A stretch of DNA of 64,000 bases from Dehalococcoidia bacterium (GTDB lineage: Bacteria > Chloroflexota > Dehalococcoidia > Lucifugimonadales > UBA1123), in contig CBDCEF010000004.1 in the NCBI GenBank assembly GCA_965215735.1, forward strand, positions 1,746,760 to 1,810,759. Reading direction: 5' to 3'. Both the position numbers and the translations under genes were made by a program. Under the pieces are notes generated by a model, which saw only the letters and a program-made list of their open reading frames with translations, had not been told where the DNA came from and searched no databases. Positions 18,310-28,624 of the stretch are shown piece after piece; position 1 is the first letter of the stretch, and every line of letters starts with the position of its first letter.

Positions 18310-18789
18310 TTAGGCCTCCTGCATTCTCACAGCCGCGTCCTGGACCGCGCGGACGATCTTGTCGTAGCCGGTGCAACGGCAGAGATTGTTAGCGAGCCAG
18401 AAGCGGATCTCGTACTCCGACGGGTCAGAGTTCTGTTCGAGGAGCGACTTGGCGGCAACGATGAAGCCTGGAGTGCAGATCCCGCACTGCAGTGCGGCGT
18501 TCTCCAGGAACGCCTGCTGCAACGGGTGCAGTGTGCTGCCCTCGGCGACTCCCTCGATTGTTGTGATCTCCTTGCCGTCAGCCTCGACGCCGAGGACGAG
18601 ACAGGAGGTCACTATGCGCCCGTCGAATTCGACAGTGCACGCGCCGCAGTTACCGTCGTTGCAGCCTTCCTTGGTACCGGTCAGGCCGACGACGTCTCGC
18701 AACACTTCGAGCAGGCTCTGGCGAGGCTCGCACAGGAAATCCATGTGCTCACCGTTGATTATGGACTGTACATAGGTCTTGGCGGGCAA
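18310..18789 (-). CDS. [2Fe-2S]-binding small subunit (CoxS-like)
   Basis: 159 aa with both clusters present: 'GCNDGNCGACTV' and 'CGICTPGF...CRCTGY'. Confidence 0.9.
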   Translation of the reverse strand: MPAKTYVQSIINGEHMDFLCEPRQSLLEVLRDVVGLTGTKEGCNDGNCGACTVEFDGRIVTSCLVLGVEADGKEITTIEGVAEGSTLHPLQQAFLENAALQCGICTPGFIVAAKSLLEQNSDPSEYEIRFWLANNLCRCTGYDKIVRAVQDAAVRMQEA

Positions 18790-18800
18790 TCTAGTTCTCC

Positions 18801-19667
18801 TTAGCTATTGGCTCGCTCGATGGCCGTCAGCAGCGCTCGGCGGGTAAGCACCTCGCACAGATGCTTGCGGTACTCGATGGTGCCGCGCATGTCGGTGATC
18901 GGTACGGCTGCGTCCCTGGCAATTCCGGACGCAATCCGGACCGTCTCTTCGGTCGCTGGCTTGCCGGCGATCGCTTCGCCAGCCTCGGCGACGAATAATG
19001 GCGTCGGCGCAACCGACGCTAGCGTCACCCTGGCAGACTGAATATTGCCGTTGTCCAGTTCCACTGATACACCGGCACCGGCCACCGCGATGTCCATCTC
19101 GTTTCTTGGTATGAAGCGAATGTAGTTCGCGCCGGAGTTGGCCGCTGGCGTAGGGAAGTGCATGGCAACTAGGACCTCGCCCTGCTCCAGCACAGTCCGG
19201 CGGACACCAGTGCAGAAGTCTTCAAGGGCGACTTCGCGGCTGCCGTTCGGGCCTGCAATTCGGGCAACGCCACTGTAGGCGATCATCGCCGGAACCGAGT
19301 CGGCGCTGGGGGCCGCATTGCACAGGTTGCCGCCCAGTGAGGCGCGTCCCTGTATCTGCGTGCCACCGATGATGTTCGCGGCGTCAACGATGCCTGGATA
19401 TACGCTCCGCACCGTCGAGTTACCATAGATCCTGTAGCACGGTACCGCCGCGCCTATTGTCAACCCGTTGTCCGGGTCGTAGGTGAGCTCATTGAGCTCG
19501 GGTATGTTCTTGACGTCCACCACTAGATCCAGGTCAAACCCCTGGCCCCTGAGTTGAACTAGGATGTCTGTGCCTCCCGCCAATGGTCGGGCACGGTCCC
19601 CTGCCTCATTCAACAGGTCAACCGCTTCCCTTACAGAGGTGGGAGCCTCATAGTCGATCCACTTCAA
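18801..19667 (-). CDS. FAD-binding medium subunit (CoxM-like)
   Basis: 288 aa with 'LAGGTDILVQL' and 'RASLGGNLCNAAPSADS' FAD-binding motifs. The gene order M-S-L is the classical arrangement. Confidence 0.9.
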   Translation of the reverse strand: MKWIDYEAPTSVREAVDLLNEAGDRARPLAGGTDILVQLRGQGFDLDLVVDVKNIPELNELTYDPDNGLTIGAAVPCYRIYGNSTVRSVYPGIVDAANIIGGTQIQGRASLGGNLCNAAPSADSVPAMIAYSGVARIAGPNGSREVALEDFCTGVRRTVLEQGEVLVAMHFPTPAANSGANYIRFIPRNEMDIAVAGAGVSVELDNGNIQSARVTLASVAPTPLFVAEAGEAIAGKPATEETVRIASGIARDAAVPITDMRGTIEYRKHLCEVLTRRALLTAIERANS

Positions 19668-19897
19668 TCGTTACCTCCTTGTTTCGCAACACTTCCCTGA
19701 GTGGAAGTATGGGTCGGCTGTGTAACATGGCTACGACGATGGGCTGGAAAGCCGTGTCCTGCTTGTGGACATACGGTGACGGCAGCATCGCCGCGTACCT
19801 GATCGGACTCGAAAACCCACCTCTCGGACAGCTTCCGAAACCGGCATTAGTATATCAGAGGAACGAATGGGCAACAACGGCTGGCACTGTTCCGGGA

Positions 19898-21157
19898 TCA
19901 TCTGATCGGCTCCGTCCCGCTCACTCCATCCTGAGCGAGCCGAGCGATGTCTGAATCGGTCATCCCAATTAGCTGTCCGAACACTTTCTCATTGTGTTCA
20001 CCAAGACGCGGTGCTGGCCATCTGACCGACCCTGGCGTGGCTGACATCTTCCACGAAACTCCCGGCAGGAAGTACACACCGGCAGACGGATGGTCCACCA
20101 ACTCCAGCAGTCCGCGCTCCTGGTAGTGAGGATCGTTGAATATGTCCCCTCCGGCCATCACCGGAGCGGCAGCTACGCCTTCTCCCTGAAGCCTCTCAGC
20201 TAGTTCCCATCCCTCCTGCCCGGCCGTCCACTTTCCGATGATCTCGTCAAGGACGTCCTGGTTTCGATGGCGGGACAGGATGTCCGCAAAGCGTTCGTCG
20301 GCCACGAGTTCCGGCCTGTCCATGACTCCGCACAGGCGCGCCCACTCTTCATCCCTGCTAACTGCAATGGCAATCCACCTGTCGTCCCCTCGACACGGGT
20401 AAGCGCCATGCGGGGCCATGGCAGGGTGGCGATTGCCGCGGTTCTCAGGCAGCTTTCCATCCATCTGGTAGCCGATTATGTGTTCACCTACTACCGAGAT
20501 CGACGATTCAAGCTGTGAGGCATCGATGAACGCCCCCTTCCCGGTCCGACGACGACGGTACAGCGCCGACAGCACCGCCCCTGCGGCATGTGCCCCGCTG
20601 ATTGGGTCTCCGAAGTTTACTCCCGACTTCACGGGGCCGTCCTCGTTTAGGTACCCGTTCATGGACGAGATGCCGCCCATCTGTTCCTGCCCGATTCCAT
20701 ACTGAATGAAGTCTCGCCAGGGGCCGGTGTTGCCGAACGCAGGCATCGACAGCACGACGATATCGGGCCTGATACTCCGCAGAGTCTCATAGTCAAATCC
20801 CCTGCGCGCCATCAGCCCGGCCCTGAAGTTCTCGACAACAACGTCGCTTATGGACACCAGCTCCTCCAGTACTGCCTTCCCGGAGGGATGCCGAATCTCG
20901 CAAGTGATGCCGTACTTGGACATGTGCAGCGTATTGAACCACCCCGACCTGTTCCAGGGGTCGTCTCCCTGCTCGCCGTCAGGCAGGTTTCCGGAGCCAA
21001 CAATCATCCGGTGGGGGTCCCAGTTGCGGGCCGACTCTACCTTGATGACCTCAGCCCCCATGTCAGCGAGCAGCTTGGTGCAGTGGGGTCCTGCCCAGAT
21101 GCGGGAAAAGTCAAGGATTCGGACGCCGTCGAGCGCCTTGGGCGTTTGGGTACACAT
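19898..21157 (-). CDS. Family III CoA-transferase (CaiB/BaiF/Frc family)
   Basis: 'LDGVRILDFSRIWAGPHCTKLLADMGAEVIKVE' is the family hallmark. I chose the start at 21157 (GGAG 8 nt upstream); the ORF track offers 21175. Confidence 0.85.
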   Translation of the reverse strand: MCTQTPKALDGVRILDFSRIWAGPHCTKLLADMGAEVIKVESARNWDPHRMIVGSGNLPDGEQGDDPWNRSGWFNTLHMSKYGITCEIRHPSGKAVLEELVSISDVVVENFRAGLMARRGFDYETLRSIRPDIVVLSMPAFGNTGPWRDFIQYGIGQEQMGGISSMNGYLNEDGPVKSGVNFGDPISGAHAAGAVLSALYRRRRTGKGAFIDASQLESSISVVGEHIIGYQMDGKLPENRGNRHPAMAPHGAYPCRGDDRWIAIAVSRDEEWARLCGVMDRPELVADERFADILSRHRNQDVLDEIIGKWTAGQEGWELAERLQGEGVAAAPVMAGGDIFNDPHYQERGLLELVDHPSAGVYFLPGVSWKMSATPGSVRWPAPRLGEHNEKVFGQLIGMTDSDIARLAQDGVSGTEPIR

Positions 21158-21226
21158 TGGAGATGCTCCGAACATAGTACCGGTCTGCCGTGACCGAGTC
21201 GAGCCACGCCTCAGAGTAATCCGGTC

Positions 21227-21901
21227 TTAATAGGTGGATACACCCGTTTGGACCAGTTGCCCGGTTACAAGGAAGATGACCCGCTCCGCGATGTTGGTGG
21301 TACGATCGGCGATGCGCTCGAGGTCGTGGGCGACCCATAGTAGGTACGTCGCTCTCCTGATTGCGCCGGGATCCGAGAGCATATACGTCAGGAGTTCCCG
21401 GTACACCTGCTCGTATAACGCGTCAACCTCGTCGTCGTCGTCGCAAATCTGCTGGCTGGCGTCGGTGTCGCGGTCGACGAAGGCGTCGAGGCTGCGGCGG
21501 AGCATATCCATTGCCCGGTCTGCCATTCTGGGAATGTCTATCAGTGGCTTGAGCGGAGGCTCGTCGCCCATCAGCAGGCTGATCTTTGCAATACCTTCGG
21601 CATAGTCGCCGATCCGCTCCAGTTCGACCGAGACGTGCAGCACGGTCACCAGAATGCGTAGGTCTCCCGCCAGGGGCTGCTGCGTGGCGATAAGGTCGAT
21701 GCACTTCTCTTCGAGTGCGAAGCGCATCTGGTCGATAATGTCGTCTTCTCGGACGACTTCAGCAGCAAGCTCACGGTCACGGTTCTTCAACGCGTCGAGG
21801 GACTTGGAGATGGCCTTTTCGACCATGCCGCCAAGTGCCAGCAACTCATCCTGAAGGGCTCTTAGGTCTCTGTCGAATTCAGCTCTTGGCGCTCGTAGCA
21901 T
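21227..21901 (-). CDS. phoU: Phosphate transport system regulator PhoU
   Basis: 224 aa with two PhoU repeats ('ELERIGDYAEGIAK' and 'DLERIADRTTNIAE'). AGGAGG lies 5 nt before the ATG, and the gene follows pstB. Confidence 0.9.
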   Translation of the reverse strand: MLRAPRAEFDRDLRALQDELLALGGMVEKAISKSLDALKNRDRELAAEVVREDDIIDQMRFALEEKCIDLIATQQPLAGDLRILVTVLHVSVELERIGDYAEGIAKISLLMGDEPPLKPLIDIPRMADRAMDMLRRSLDAFVDRDTDASQQICDDDDEVDALYEQVYRELLTYMLSDPGAIRRATYLLWVAHDLERIADRTTNIAERVIFLVTGQLVQTGVSTY

Positions 21902-21932
21902 CGTTACCTCCTAAGCCGCCCTACTTGCAGTC

Positions 21933-21956
21933 AATCCGGCTAAGGCCGGAATCCAG
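21933..21956. repeat. Short hairpin related to repeat family B (..TCCGGCTAAGGCCGGAATCCAG)
   Basis: The sequence is aatccggctaaggccggaatccag, located between pstB and phoU. It shares the 'GGAATCCAG' tail with the copies at 30797 and 63455. Confidence 0.4.
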
Positions 21957-22063
21957 AATTGTAGTTATTGCCCCGAGTTCAGTACTTCGAAAATTCATCC
22001 AGGACTTACGTGGAGGTGCGTTCCTCTATTGCCTCGCTGTGGTGGGTGTCAACTGGATGCTCA

Positions 22064-22837
22064 CTAACTGAACCGGCCCGTTATATACGCCTCCGTGCGC
22101 TCGTGCTTGGGAGTCGTGAAGATCTGGTTGGTGTCTCCATGTTCGACGAGGTAGCCGGCCCTGTCCTCACCAATCATCAGGAACGCTGTCTCGTGGGACA
22201 CCCGTGCGGCCTGTTGCATGTTGTGAGTTACGATGACTATCGTGTAGTGCTCGCTCAGCTCCCGGACCAGCTCCTCGATTGCTAGCGTTGCGATTGGGTC
22301 CAACGCGGACGCCGGCTCGTCCATGAGGATAACCTCAGGCTCTACCGCCAGCGCGCGGGCGATGCACAGTCGCTGCTGCTGTCCGCCCGACAGTTCGAGT
22401 GCACTGCTTCTGAGTCGGTCCTTGACCTCTTCCCAAAGTGCCGCCTGTCTTAGGGAACGCTCAATGGCCTCGTCCATGTCGCCTTGGAAGCCGTTGACCT
22501 TCAGACCAAAAGCGACGTTGTCGTAGATGGACTTGGGGAACGGATTGGGACGTTGGAACACCATGCCGATCTTTGAGCGGATCTCGGTCGCGTTCACATC
22601 GTTGTCATACAGGTCCGAGCCTTCGAACAGGATCTGTCCGTCGATTCGGGCCGCTGGTATGAGGTCGTTCATCCGGTTGAAACAGCGCAGCAGGGAGCTT
22701 TTACCGCACCCGGACGGTCCGATCAGCGCGGTGATCGAGTATCGCTTGACCTCCATGCTGATCTCTCTCAGCGCCCGAAACTCATCGTAGTACAGGTCGA
22801 GATCGTTGACTTTGAAAATTGGGGCAGTCTGCGTCAC
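22064..22837 (-). CDS. pstB: Phosphate ABC transporter ATP-binding protein PstB
   Basis: 257 aa. Walker A 'GPSGCGKSS', signature '[14 protein letters not shown]', and the PstB-typical '[15 protein letters not shown]'. Confidence 0.95.
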   Translation of the reverse strand: MTQTAPIFKVNDLDLYYDEFRALREISMEVKRYSITALIGPSGCGKSSLLRCFNRMNDLIPAARIDGQILFEGSDLYDNDVNATEIRSKIGMVFQRPNPFPKSIYDNVAFGLKVNGFQGDMDEAIERSLRQAALWEEVKDRLRSSALELSGGQQQRLCIARALAVEPEVILMDEPASALDPIATLAIEELVRELSEHYTIVIVTHNMQQAARVSHETAFLMIGEDRAGYLVEHGDTNQIFTTPKHERTEAYITGRFS

Positions 22838-22838
22838 T

Positions 22839-23717
22839 CTAGTCCTCTGATCTGATCTGGTATTTGTTTCGCAGCAAAACTGCGACGGCGTTCATCGACA
22901 GCAGAATTATCAGCAACACTAAGATTCCGGCTGCGGCGAGAGATCTGAACTCGTCCTGCGGGCGACCAACCCAGGTGAATATCTGAAGTGGCAGAACCGT
23001 GAATCGATCAAAAGGACCTGGCACGAACGTCACATACACCAGCCCACTGATTACCAGGATCGGAGCAGCCTCTCCCACTGCCCTGGACAGCGCCAGGATG
23101 GTCCCCGTCAGGATGCCCGGTAGGGCAGACGGCAATACCGCACTCTTGATGACCTGCCACTGGTCGGCACCCAGCGCGAACGCGCCCAGGCGGTACTCGT
23201 TGGGTACCGCCCGGATCGCCTCTCTGGAAGCGAGTATCACTATGGGCAGCACCAGCAGCGTCAGCGTCAGCGCACCTGCCAGCACAACCTTGCCAAGCGA
23301 CATCAGCTGCACGAACACTCCCAGTCCCAACAGGCCGTACACGACGGATGGCACGCCGGCCAGGTTGGAAATGTTGACTTCGATGATCTGGGTGAACCGG
23401 TTTTTTGGAGCGTACTCCTCGAGGTATATAGCCGCGCCCACTCCAATGGGCACCGTGAACAACGCCGTAAACAAAATCGTTATGAGCGTACCCATGACGG
23501 CGGCCTTCACGCCGGCAAGCTCGGGCTTCCTTGACATGTAGTTGGTCAGGAAGTCGAAGTCCAGCCACGGCAACCCTACCACTGCGGTCTGGATAAGTAG
23601 CACGGCCAAGCCTACGATACCGACCATGACCGCCGCCACGAAGAGGAAGTAGAAGATTCCCCCGATAGTCTTGCGTCGGGCCAGTCTCGGATTGAAGCTA
23701 TTGGATAAGTGGGCCAT
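22839..23717 (-). CDS. pstA: Phosphate ABC transporter permease PstA
   Basis: I set the start at the ATG at 23717, which overlaps the pstC stop (TAATG). The '[22 protein letters not shown]' motif is present. Confidence 0.9.
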   Translation of the reverse strand: MAHLSNSFNPRLARRKTIGGIFYFLFVAAVMVGIVGLAVLLIQTAVVGLPWLDFDFLTNYMSRKPELAGVKAAVMGTLITILFTALFTVPIGVGAAIYLEEYAPKNRFTQIIEVNISNLAGVPSVVYGLLGLGVFVQLMSLGKVVLAGALTLTLLVLPIVILASREAIRAVPNEYRLGAFALGADQWQVIKSAVLPSALPGILTGTILALSRAVGEAAPILVISGLVYVTFVPGPFDRFTVLPLQIFTWVGRPQDEFRSLAAAGILVLLIILLSMNAVAVLLRNKYQIRSED

Positions 23718-24688
23718 TAGTAAGCCTGCCTCCACCGGCGGACCACCCAGTGGCCGACTAGATTTAGCGACAGCGTCATCAGGAACAGGAGCAGGCCAAC
23801 CGCGAAGATGGTCTTGTATTCGACCGAGTCGTGAGATGCTTCGCCCTGCGCGAGCTGTGCTATGTACGCCGTCATCGTCTGGATGCTCTCAAGCGGATTT
23901 GCTGTTATACGTGGGGTAGCTCCCGCTGCGATGGTCACCAGCATCGTCTCTCCAATGGCCCGCGAAATCGCGAGTATGAACGACGCCACTATTCCAGACA
24001 GCGCTGCCGGAACGACGACCTTGATGCTCGTCTCCAACTTCGTCGCCCCCAGAGCGTACGATGCCTGCCGAAGCGACCTCGGCACGCTGATCATCGCGTC
24101 CTCGCTGAGTGAGGACACCATCGGGATTATCATGACTCCCATGACGACGCCCGCGCTCAGCGCGTTGAACACGATCATGTCTGGGAACAGCCTCTGGAGT
24201 TGAGGCGTAACGAACGTCAGCGCGAAGTAACCGTAAACGACGGTCGGTATCCCTGCAAGTATCTCGATCAGAGGCTTAAGGACCCTGCGAGCCTTGTCCG
24301 GGGCATACTCGGCGAGGTAAATCGCAGTGCCAAGTCCAACTGGAATGGCTACCATTGCCGCAAGCACTGTCACCAGTAATGTCCCGGCCACCAACGGTAA
24401 GACACCAAAAGCCGTTGGCTTGAGAATCGGAGTCCACCGCGTTCCCGTCAGAAACTCGACGATGGACACCTCACTGAAGAACCCGATCGATTGGCCGATC
24501 AGGATAAAGACGATTCCCAGTGTGGTGAAGATCGAAATGAGCGCGCAGCCGAAGAATGTCCAACGGATGATCGTACCTTCGATGCTGCTCCCGCGGCCTC
24601 GGCGGAATCTGCCAGTATCTACTTCGTTGCGCGAACTCGCGGGCATTTTACGGGCGCCTGGTGCTGTGGATTCCACCTGTGCCTCCAT
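23717..24688 (-). CDS. pstC: Phosphate ABC transporter permease PstC
   Basis: '[26 protein letters not shown]' motif. I chose the start at 24688 (GAGGA 6 nt upstream); the ORF track begins at 24739. Confidence 0.85.
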   Translation of the reverse strand: MEAQVESTAPGARKMPASSRNEVDTGRFRRGRGSSIEGTIIRWTFFGCALISIFTTLGIVFILIGQSIGFFSEVSIVEFLTGTRWTPILKPTAFGVLPLVAGTLLVTVLAAMVAIPVGLGTAIYLAEYAPDKARRVLKPLIEILAGIPTVVYGYFALTFVTPQLQRLFPDMIVFNALSAGVVMGVMIIPMVSSLSEDAMISVPRSLRQASYALGATKLETSIKVVVPAALSGIVASFILAISRAIGETMLVTIAAGATPRITANPLESIQTMTAYIAQLAQGEASHDSVEYKTIFAVGLLLFLMTLSLNLVGHWVVRRWRQAY

Positions 24689-24818
24689 CCGAATTCCTCG
24701 GATGCGACAACGGGCGGTGAGGGCTACCTGGAAAGGCAATCGCCTCGCCGCCCGTCATCTTACATTAACGGGGAGGAACGGGGGATCGGTTCCTCCCCTG
24801 TGATTCTTCAGACTTCCG

Positions 24819-27647
24819 CTACTTCAACAGGGCCATGTTGTTCTGGTAGGACTGCATTGACAGAGGAACGTACCCTACATCGGACGTTAGCGACTGCCCG
24901 TTTAGCATGTAGAACCTTACGAAGTCTCTGACCTCGGGCCTTTCGAGACTGGACTTGTTCACGTATATGAACAGCGGCCTCGACAGGGGAGAGTAGCTCC
25001 CGTTTGCGATGGTGTCGAGAGACGGCGTGACACAGCCGTTTCCGCTATCGACCGCAACTAGCTTCAGCTTGTCGGCGTTGGCTGCGTAGTATGCGAAGCT
25101 GAAGTAGCCGAGTGAGTTCCGGTCACCACTGACGCCCTGGACCAGGACGTTGTCGTCCTCCGAGGCCGTGTAATCCGCTCGTGACAGCTTCGACTCGCCG
25201 TTAATCTCTTCGGTGAAGTAGTCGAACGTGCCGGAGTCCGTTCCCGGTCCGTATAGGTTGATCTGCCTGTCGGGCCAGGATGGGTCGAGGTCGTTCCACG
25301 AATCGACCGTGCTCTCAGGCTTCCAGAGCATGTTCAACTGCTCGGTGGTCATGCAGTTCACAAAGTCGTTTTGAGGGTTGACCATGACGGACAAGCCGTC
25401 AACACCCACTAGGAACTCGTAGTACTCGATGCCGTTTTCCTTGGCGGCGGACGCTTCACTGTCCTTGATGACTCTGGAGGCATCGGAGATGTCGGCCTCG
25501 CCAGCGGTGAATCGCTTGAAACCGCCACCGCTGCCTGAGATGCCAACGTTCACGAGCACGCCGGGTTGTTCCTTACGGTACTCTTCTGCGACAGCTTCTG
25601 TAATCGGGGCGACGGTACTTGAGCCGTCGATCTCAATCGTCCCAGTGAGGGACCCTTCGGGACGGACGGACGCCTGCACTACGTTCAGGTTGTTCTGGTA
25701 CGCATGGGTCGCCAGCGGCACGTATCCGACTTCGCCAGTCAACTGCTGACCGTGCAGCATGTAGAACTCGACGAATCCCTTGACCTCAGGCCTCTGCAGG
25801 CTCTCGCTGCTTACGTATATGAACAGCGGCCTCGACAGAGGTGTGTACTGTCCGCTCGCGATAGTGTCGAGCGACGGGGTCACGCAACCGTTCCCGCTGT
25901 CGACCGCTACCAGCTTTAGCTTATCGGTATTGGCCGCGTAGTATGAGTAACCGAAGTAGCCTAGCGAGTTCCTGTCACCGCTGATGCCTTGCACCAGAAC
26001 GTTGTCGTCCTCGGCCGCAGTGTAGTCAGCGCGGGATAGCTTGGCCTCGCCGTTTAACTCTTCTGTGAAGTAGTCGAAGGTGCCGGAGTCAGTGCCCGGT
26101 CCGTACAGGTTGATGTCCCTGTCAGGCCACGATGAATCTATGTCACTCCACTTGCTGATTGTACTTTCCGGCTTCCACAGCATGTTTAGCTGCTCAAGCG
26201 TTAGGCAGTTCACGAAGTCGTTATCCGGGTTGACCATGACGGACAGTCCATCGACGCCAACGAGGAACTCGAAGTAGCTGATACTGTTCTCTGCCGCTGT
26301 AGCTGCCTCACTGGACTTGATTGCCCTGGAGGCGTCGGAGACGTCGGTCTCGCCGACCATGAATCGCTTGAAACCGCCGCCGCTGCCGGAGATGCCGACC
26401 TTCACGAGGACGCCCGGCTGTTCCTTCCTGAACTCCTCAGCGACAGCTTCTGTGATCGGTGCGACAGTGCTGGAGCCGTCTATCTCGATCGTCCCGCTCA
26501 GCGCGACCTTGGGCCCGGCTTCCATCATGACCTGTTGCCCGCTCAGGACGGCCAGGTTCTGCTGATAGCTCGCCTGCGGCAGGGGTACGTAGCCGACTTC
26601 CTCAGCGAGCTGTGCGCCGTTCTCCATGTAGAACTCTACGAACGAGCGCAGTTCAGCCCTCTGCTGCGCGCGCTCCTTGTTGACGTAGATGAACAGCGGC
26701 CTGGAGAGAGGTGAGTAGGTTCCGCTTGCAATTGTCTCGATGGTAGGAGCGACACAGCCGTTGCCGTTGTCTATATCAAGGAGCTTCAACTTGTCGGCAC
26801 TGACTGCATAGTAGGCAAAGCCGAAGTAGCCGAGCGCGTTCCTGTCGCCACTGATGCCCTGGACGAGTACGTTGTCGTCCTCTGACGCTGTGTAGTCGGC
26901 GCGAGACAGCTTGGCCTCGCCGTTTACCTCTTCTGTGAAGTAGTCGAAGGTGCCGGAATCTGTGCCCGGACCGTACAGGTTGATCTTCCTGTCAGGCCAC
27001 GATGAATCTAGGTCGCTCCATTTGGTGATAGTGCTTTCCGGCTTCCACAGCATGTTCAGCTGCTCAACCGTCATGCAGTTTACAAAGTCGTTTTGTGAGT
27101 TGACCATGACTGAGAGTCCGTCAAGTCCGACGAGGAACTCGTAGTACTCGACGCCGTTCTCGGCCGCTGTCGCGGCTTCATTCTCCTTGATTGGCCTGGA
27201 GGCGTCGGAGATGTCGGTCTCACCGACCGTGAACTGCTTGAATCCCCCGCCGCTGCCGGAGATTCCGACGTTGACTAGCACGTCTGGCGCGACGCTCCTG
27301 AACTCCTCAGCGACGGCCTCTGTGATCGGAGCCACAGTACTGGAGCCATCGATCTCAATCGTACCGCGCAACCCGGCACGCTGCTCCTTTATCTTCGCTG
27401 TAGGTGTAGGAACGCTTCCCACCATCGGCGGTAGCGCGGTCGCCGCGGGCACCGCCGAGGCAGGCTGCTGCGGGGTTGTGCCTGTTCCGGGGGCAGCCGG
27501 TTGGGCAGCGGCGGGCTGGGCTGGGGCCGACGGCGCCTCGGAGGTACTCTCCGAGCCGCATGCGGCCACTATCAAGGCTCCAATTACAATTGCCAATACG
27601 AGCAGCCCTGGCAGTCCGAACATCTTGGCTCGCATCTCGCTTAACAT
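24819..27647 (-). CDS. pstS: Phosphate-binding lipoprotein made of three tandem PstS modules
   Basis: 942 aa. Signal peptide with lipobox 'LIVAAC|GSE' and an A/P/Q-rich linker. Three modules follow, each with '[21 protein letters not shown]', '[10 protein letters not shown]', '[18 protein letters not shown]' and '[10 protein letters not shown]'. Confidence 0.9.
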   Translation of the reverse strand: MLSEMRAKMFGLPGLLVLAIVIGALIVAACGSESTSEAPSAPAQPAAAQPAAPGTGTTPQQPASAVPAATALPPMVGSVPTPTAKIKEQRAGLRGTIEIDGSSTVAPITEAVAEEFRSVAPDVLVNVGISGSGGGFKQFTVGETDISDASRPIKENEAATAAENGVEYYEFLVGLDGLSVMVNSQNDFVNCMTVEQLNMLWKPESTITKWSDLDSSWPDRKINLYGPGTDSGTFDYFTEEVNGEAKLSRADYTASEDDNVLVQGISGDRNALGYFGFAYYAVSADKLKLLDIDNGNGCVAPTIETIASGTYSPLSRPLFIYVNKERAQQRAELRSFVEFYMENGAQLAEEVGYVPLPQASYQQNLAVLSGQQVMMEAGPKVALSGTIEIDGSSTVAPITEAVAEEFRKEQPGVLVKVGISGSGGGFKRFMVGETDVSDASRAIKSSEAATAAENSISYFEFLVGVDGLSVMVNPDNDFVNCLTLEQLNMLWKPESTISKWSDIDSSWPDRDINLYGPGTDSGTFDYFTEELNGEAKLSRADYTAAEDDNVLVQGISGDRNSLGYFGYSYYAANTDKLKLVAVDSGNGCVTPSLDTIASGQYTPLSRPLFIYVSSESLQRPEVKGFVEFYMLHGQQLTGEVGYVPLATHAYQNNLNVVQASVRPEGSLTGTIEIDGSSTVAPITEAVAEEYRKEQPGVLVNVGISGSGGGFKRFTAGEADISDASRVIKDSEASAAKENGIEYYEFLVGVDGLSVMVNPQNDFVNCMTTEQLNMLWKPESTVDSWNDLDPSWPDRQINLYGPGTDSGTFDYFTEEINGESKLSRADYTASEDDNVLVQGVSGDRNSLGYFSFAYYAANADKLKLVAVDSGNGCVTPSLDTIANGSYSPLSRPLFIYVNKSSLERPEVRDFVRFYMLNGQSLTSDVGYVPLSMQSYQNNMALLK
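24822..27371 (-). repeat. Three tandem coding repeats of about 830-870 nt (PstS modules 26502-27371, 25650-26501, 24822-25649)
   Basis: I derived the boundaries by counting residues: module 1 is aa 93-382, module 2 is aa 383-666 and module 3 is aa 667-942. The modules are similar but not identical. Confidence 0.85.
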
Positions 27648-27755
27648 GATGGTTGCTCATACCTCCGCGATCTTGAGTTCAATTTACTTCTGAGTTCGGT
27701 CGGCCAATGACAGAATCGCCTCTCGGCTCCTACACTCGATGCAACACTCTAACGC

Positions 27756-27799
27756 GAGCGTATGAACGGACAATTAAGAAGAAGTTAAGAGAAGGTTAG
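27756..27799 (-). promoter_or_regulatory. Candidate Pho-box array: four 11-nt direct repeats upstream of pstS
   Basis: The minus strand reads CTAACCTTCTC|TTAACTTCTTC|TTAATTGTCCG|TTCATACGCTC. The TTAA/TTAG/TGAA cores on the plus strand start at 27763, 27774, 27785 and 27796, exactly 11 nt apart. The array lies about 110-150 nt upstream of the pstS ATG. Confidence 0.45.
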
Positions 27800-27832
27800 G
27801 AGCCTGATAATGCATGATTAGCAACTCCGTGA

Positions 27833-28624
27833 TCATGCAAACGCTTGCCACAAACCTCCGACTATGATGACGATGCCTGCGAGAGCTACAAACCACCCGA
27901 AGTTGAAACTCTGCGCCAGCTTGAGCAATGCTCTGATCGAGACATATCCGACCGCTGCCGCCGCGACCAGCGCAACTCCGGCTTCAGGAGAGGCATGTGC
28001 ACCGGTGCGCACGCCTGCGTAGATTCCGGCGCCAATGCTGACCGGAATGCTGAGCAGGAAACTAAGCGTCAGTGCGTCGCCCCTGTCGATCCCGCGTCCG
28101 AGCAGCACGGAGAGGGTGAGACCTGACCTGCTCAGTCCTGGAAGTGCGGCGAGCCCCTGCGCAATGCCTGTCAATCCTCCGTCCAACCATGTAACGCCAA
28201 GTCGCCCGCGTCTCTCTACCGAGCGACCAATGTACAGAATTGCCGCCGTTACTATCATGAATATCCCTACGACTGACATCGCCAGCCCCCCGGCTCGTTC
28301 CGAGAATCCCTCCAGGCCTACCAGCAGCAGAAACCCAATTGGAGCGCTCACAACGGTTGCGGCAACAAAGAATTTTGTGAGCGGTCCCGGCGATCGGGGA
28401 GACCTCACGACGTCCATGGCTAAGAGCGCGACTTCCGACCTGAACGCTGCGAGCGCGGATATGGCCGTGCCAAGGTGTAGCCACAGCGAGAATCCAACCG
28501 CTTCGGACAGGTCTCCGCCCCATACCAGCGAATAGGCCGCCGTGACCAGGCCCTCGGAGCTGACCGGGAGCCACTCAGCTACTCCCTGGAGAGATCCCAG
28601 CAGGAGTGCTTCAGTGAAGTTCAA
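27833..28624 (-). CDS. uppP: Undecaprenyl-diphosphate phosphatase (UppP/BacA family)
   Basis: 263 aa, polytopic. 'LGSLQGVAEWLPVSSEG' matches the BacA N-terminal motif and 'PGLSRSGLT' the second motif. The TTG start overlaps the phoR stop (TTGA). Confidence 0.8.
   Translation of the reverse strand: MNFTEALLLGSLQGVAEWLPVSSEGLVTAAYSLVWGGDLSEAVGFSLWLHLGTAISALAAFRSEVALLAMDVVRSPRSPGPLTKFFVAATVVSAPIGFLLLVGLEGFSERAGGLAMSVVGIFMIVTAAILYIGRSVERRGRLGVTWLDGGLTGIAQGLAALPGLSRSGLTLSVLLGRGIDRGDALTLSFLLSIPVSIGAGIYAGVRTGAHASPEAGVALVAAAAVGYVSIRALLKLAQSFNFGWFVALAGIVIIVGGLWQAFA

Noticed and set aside
16018-19667. Aerobic carbon-monoxide dehydrogenase (coxMSL)
   Set aside because: The large subunit lacks the form I or form II CODH active-site loop, so I called it a generic XDH/aldehyde-oxidase-family hydroxylase.
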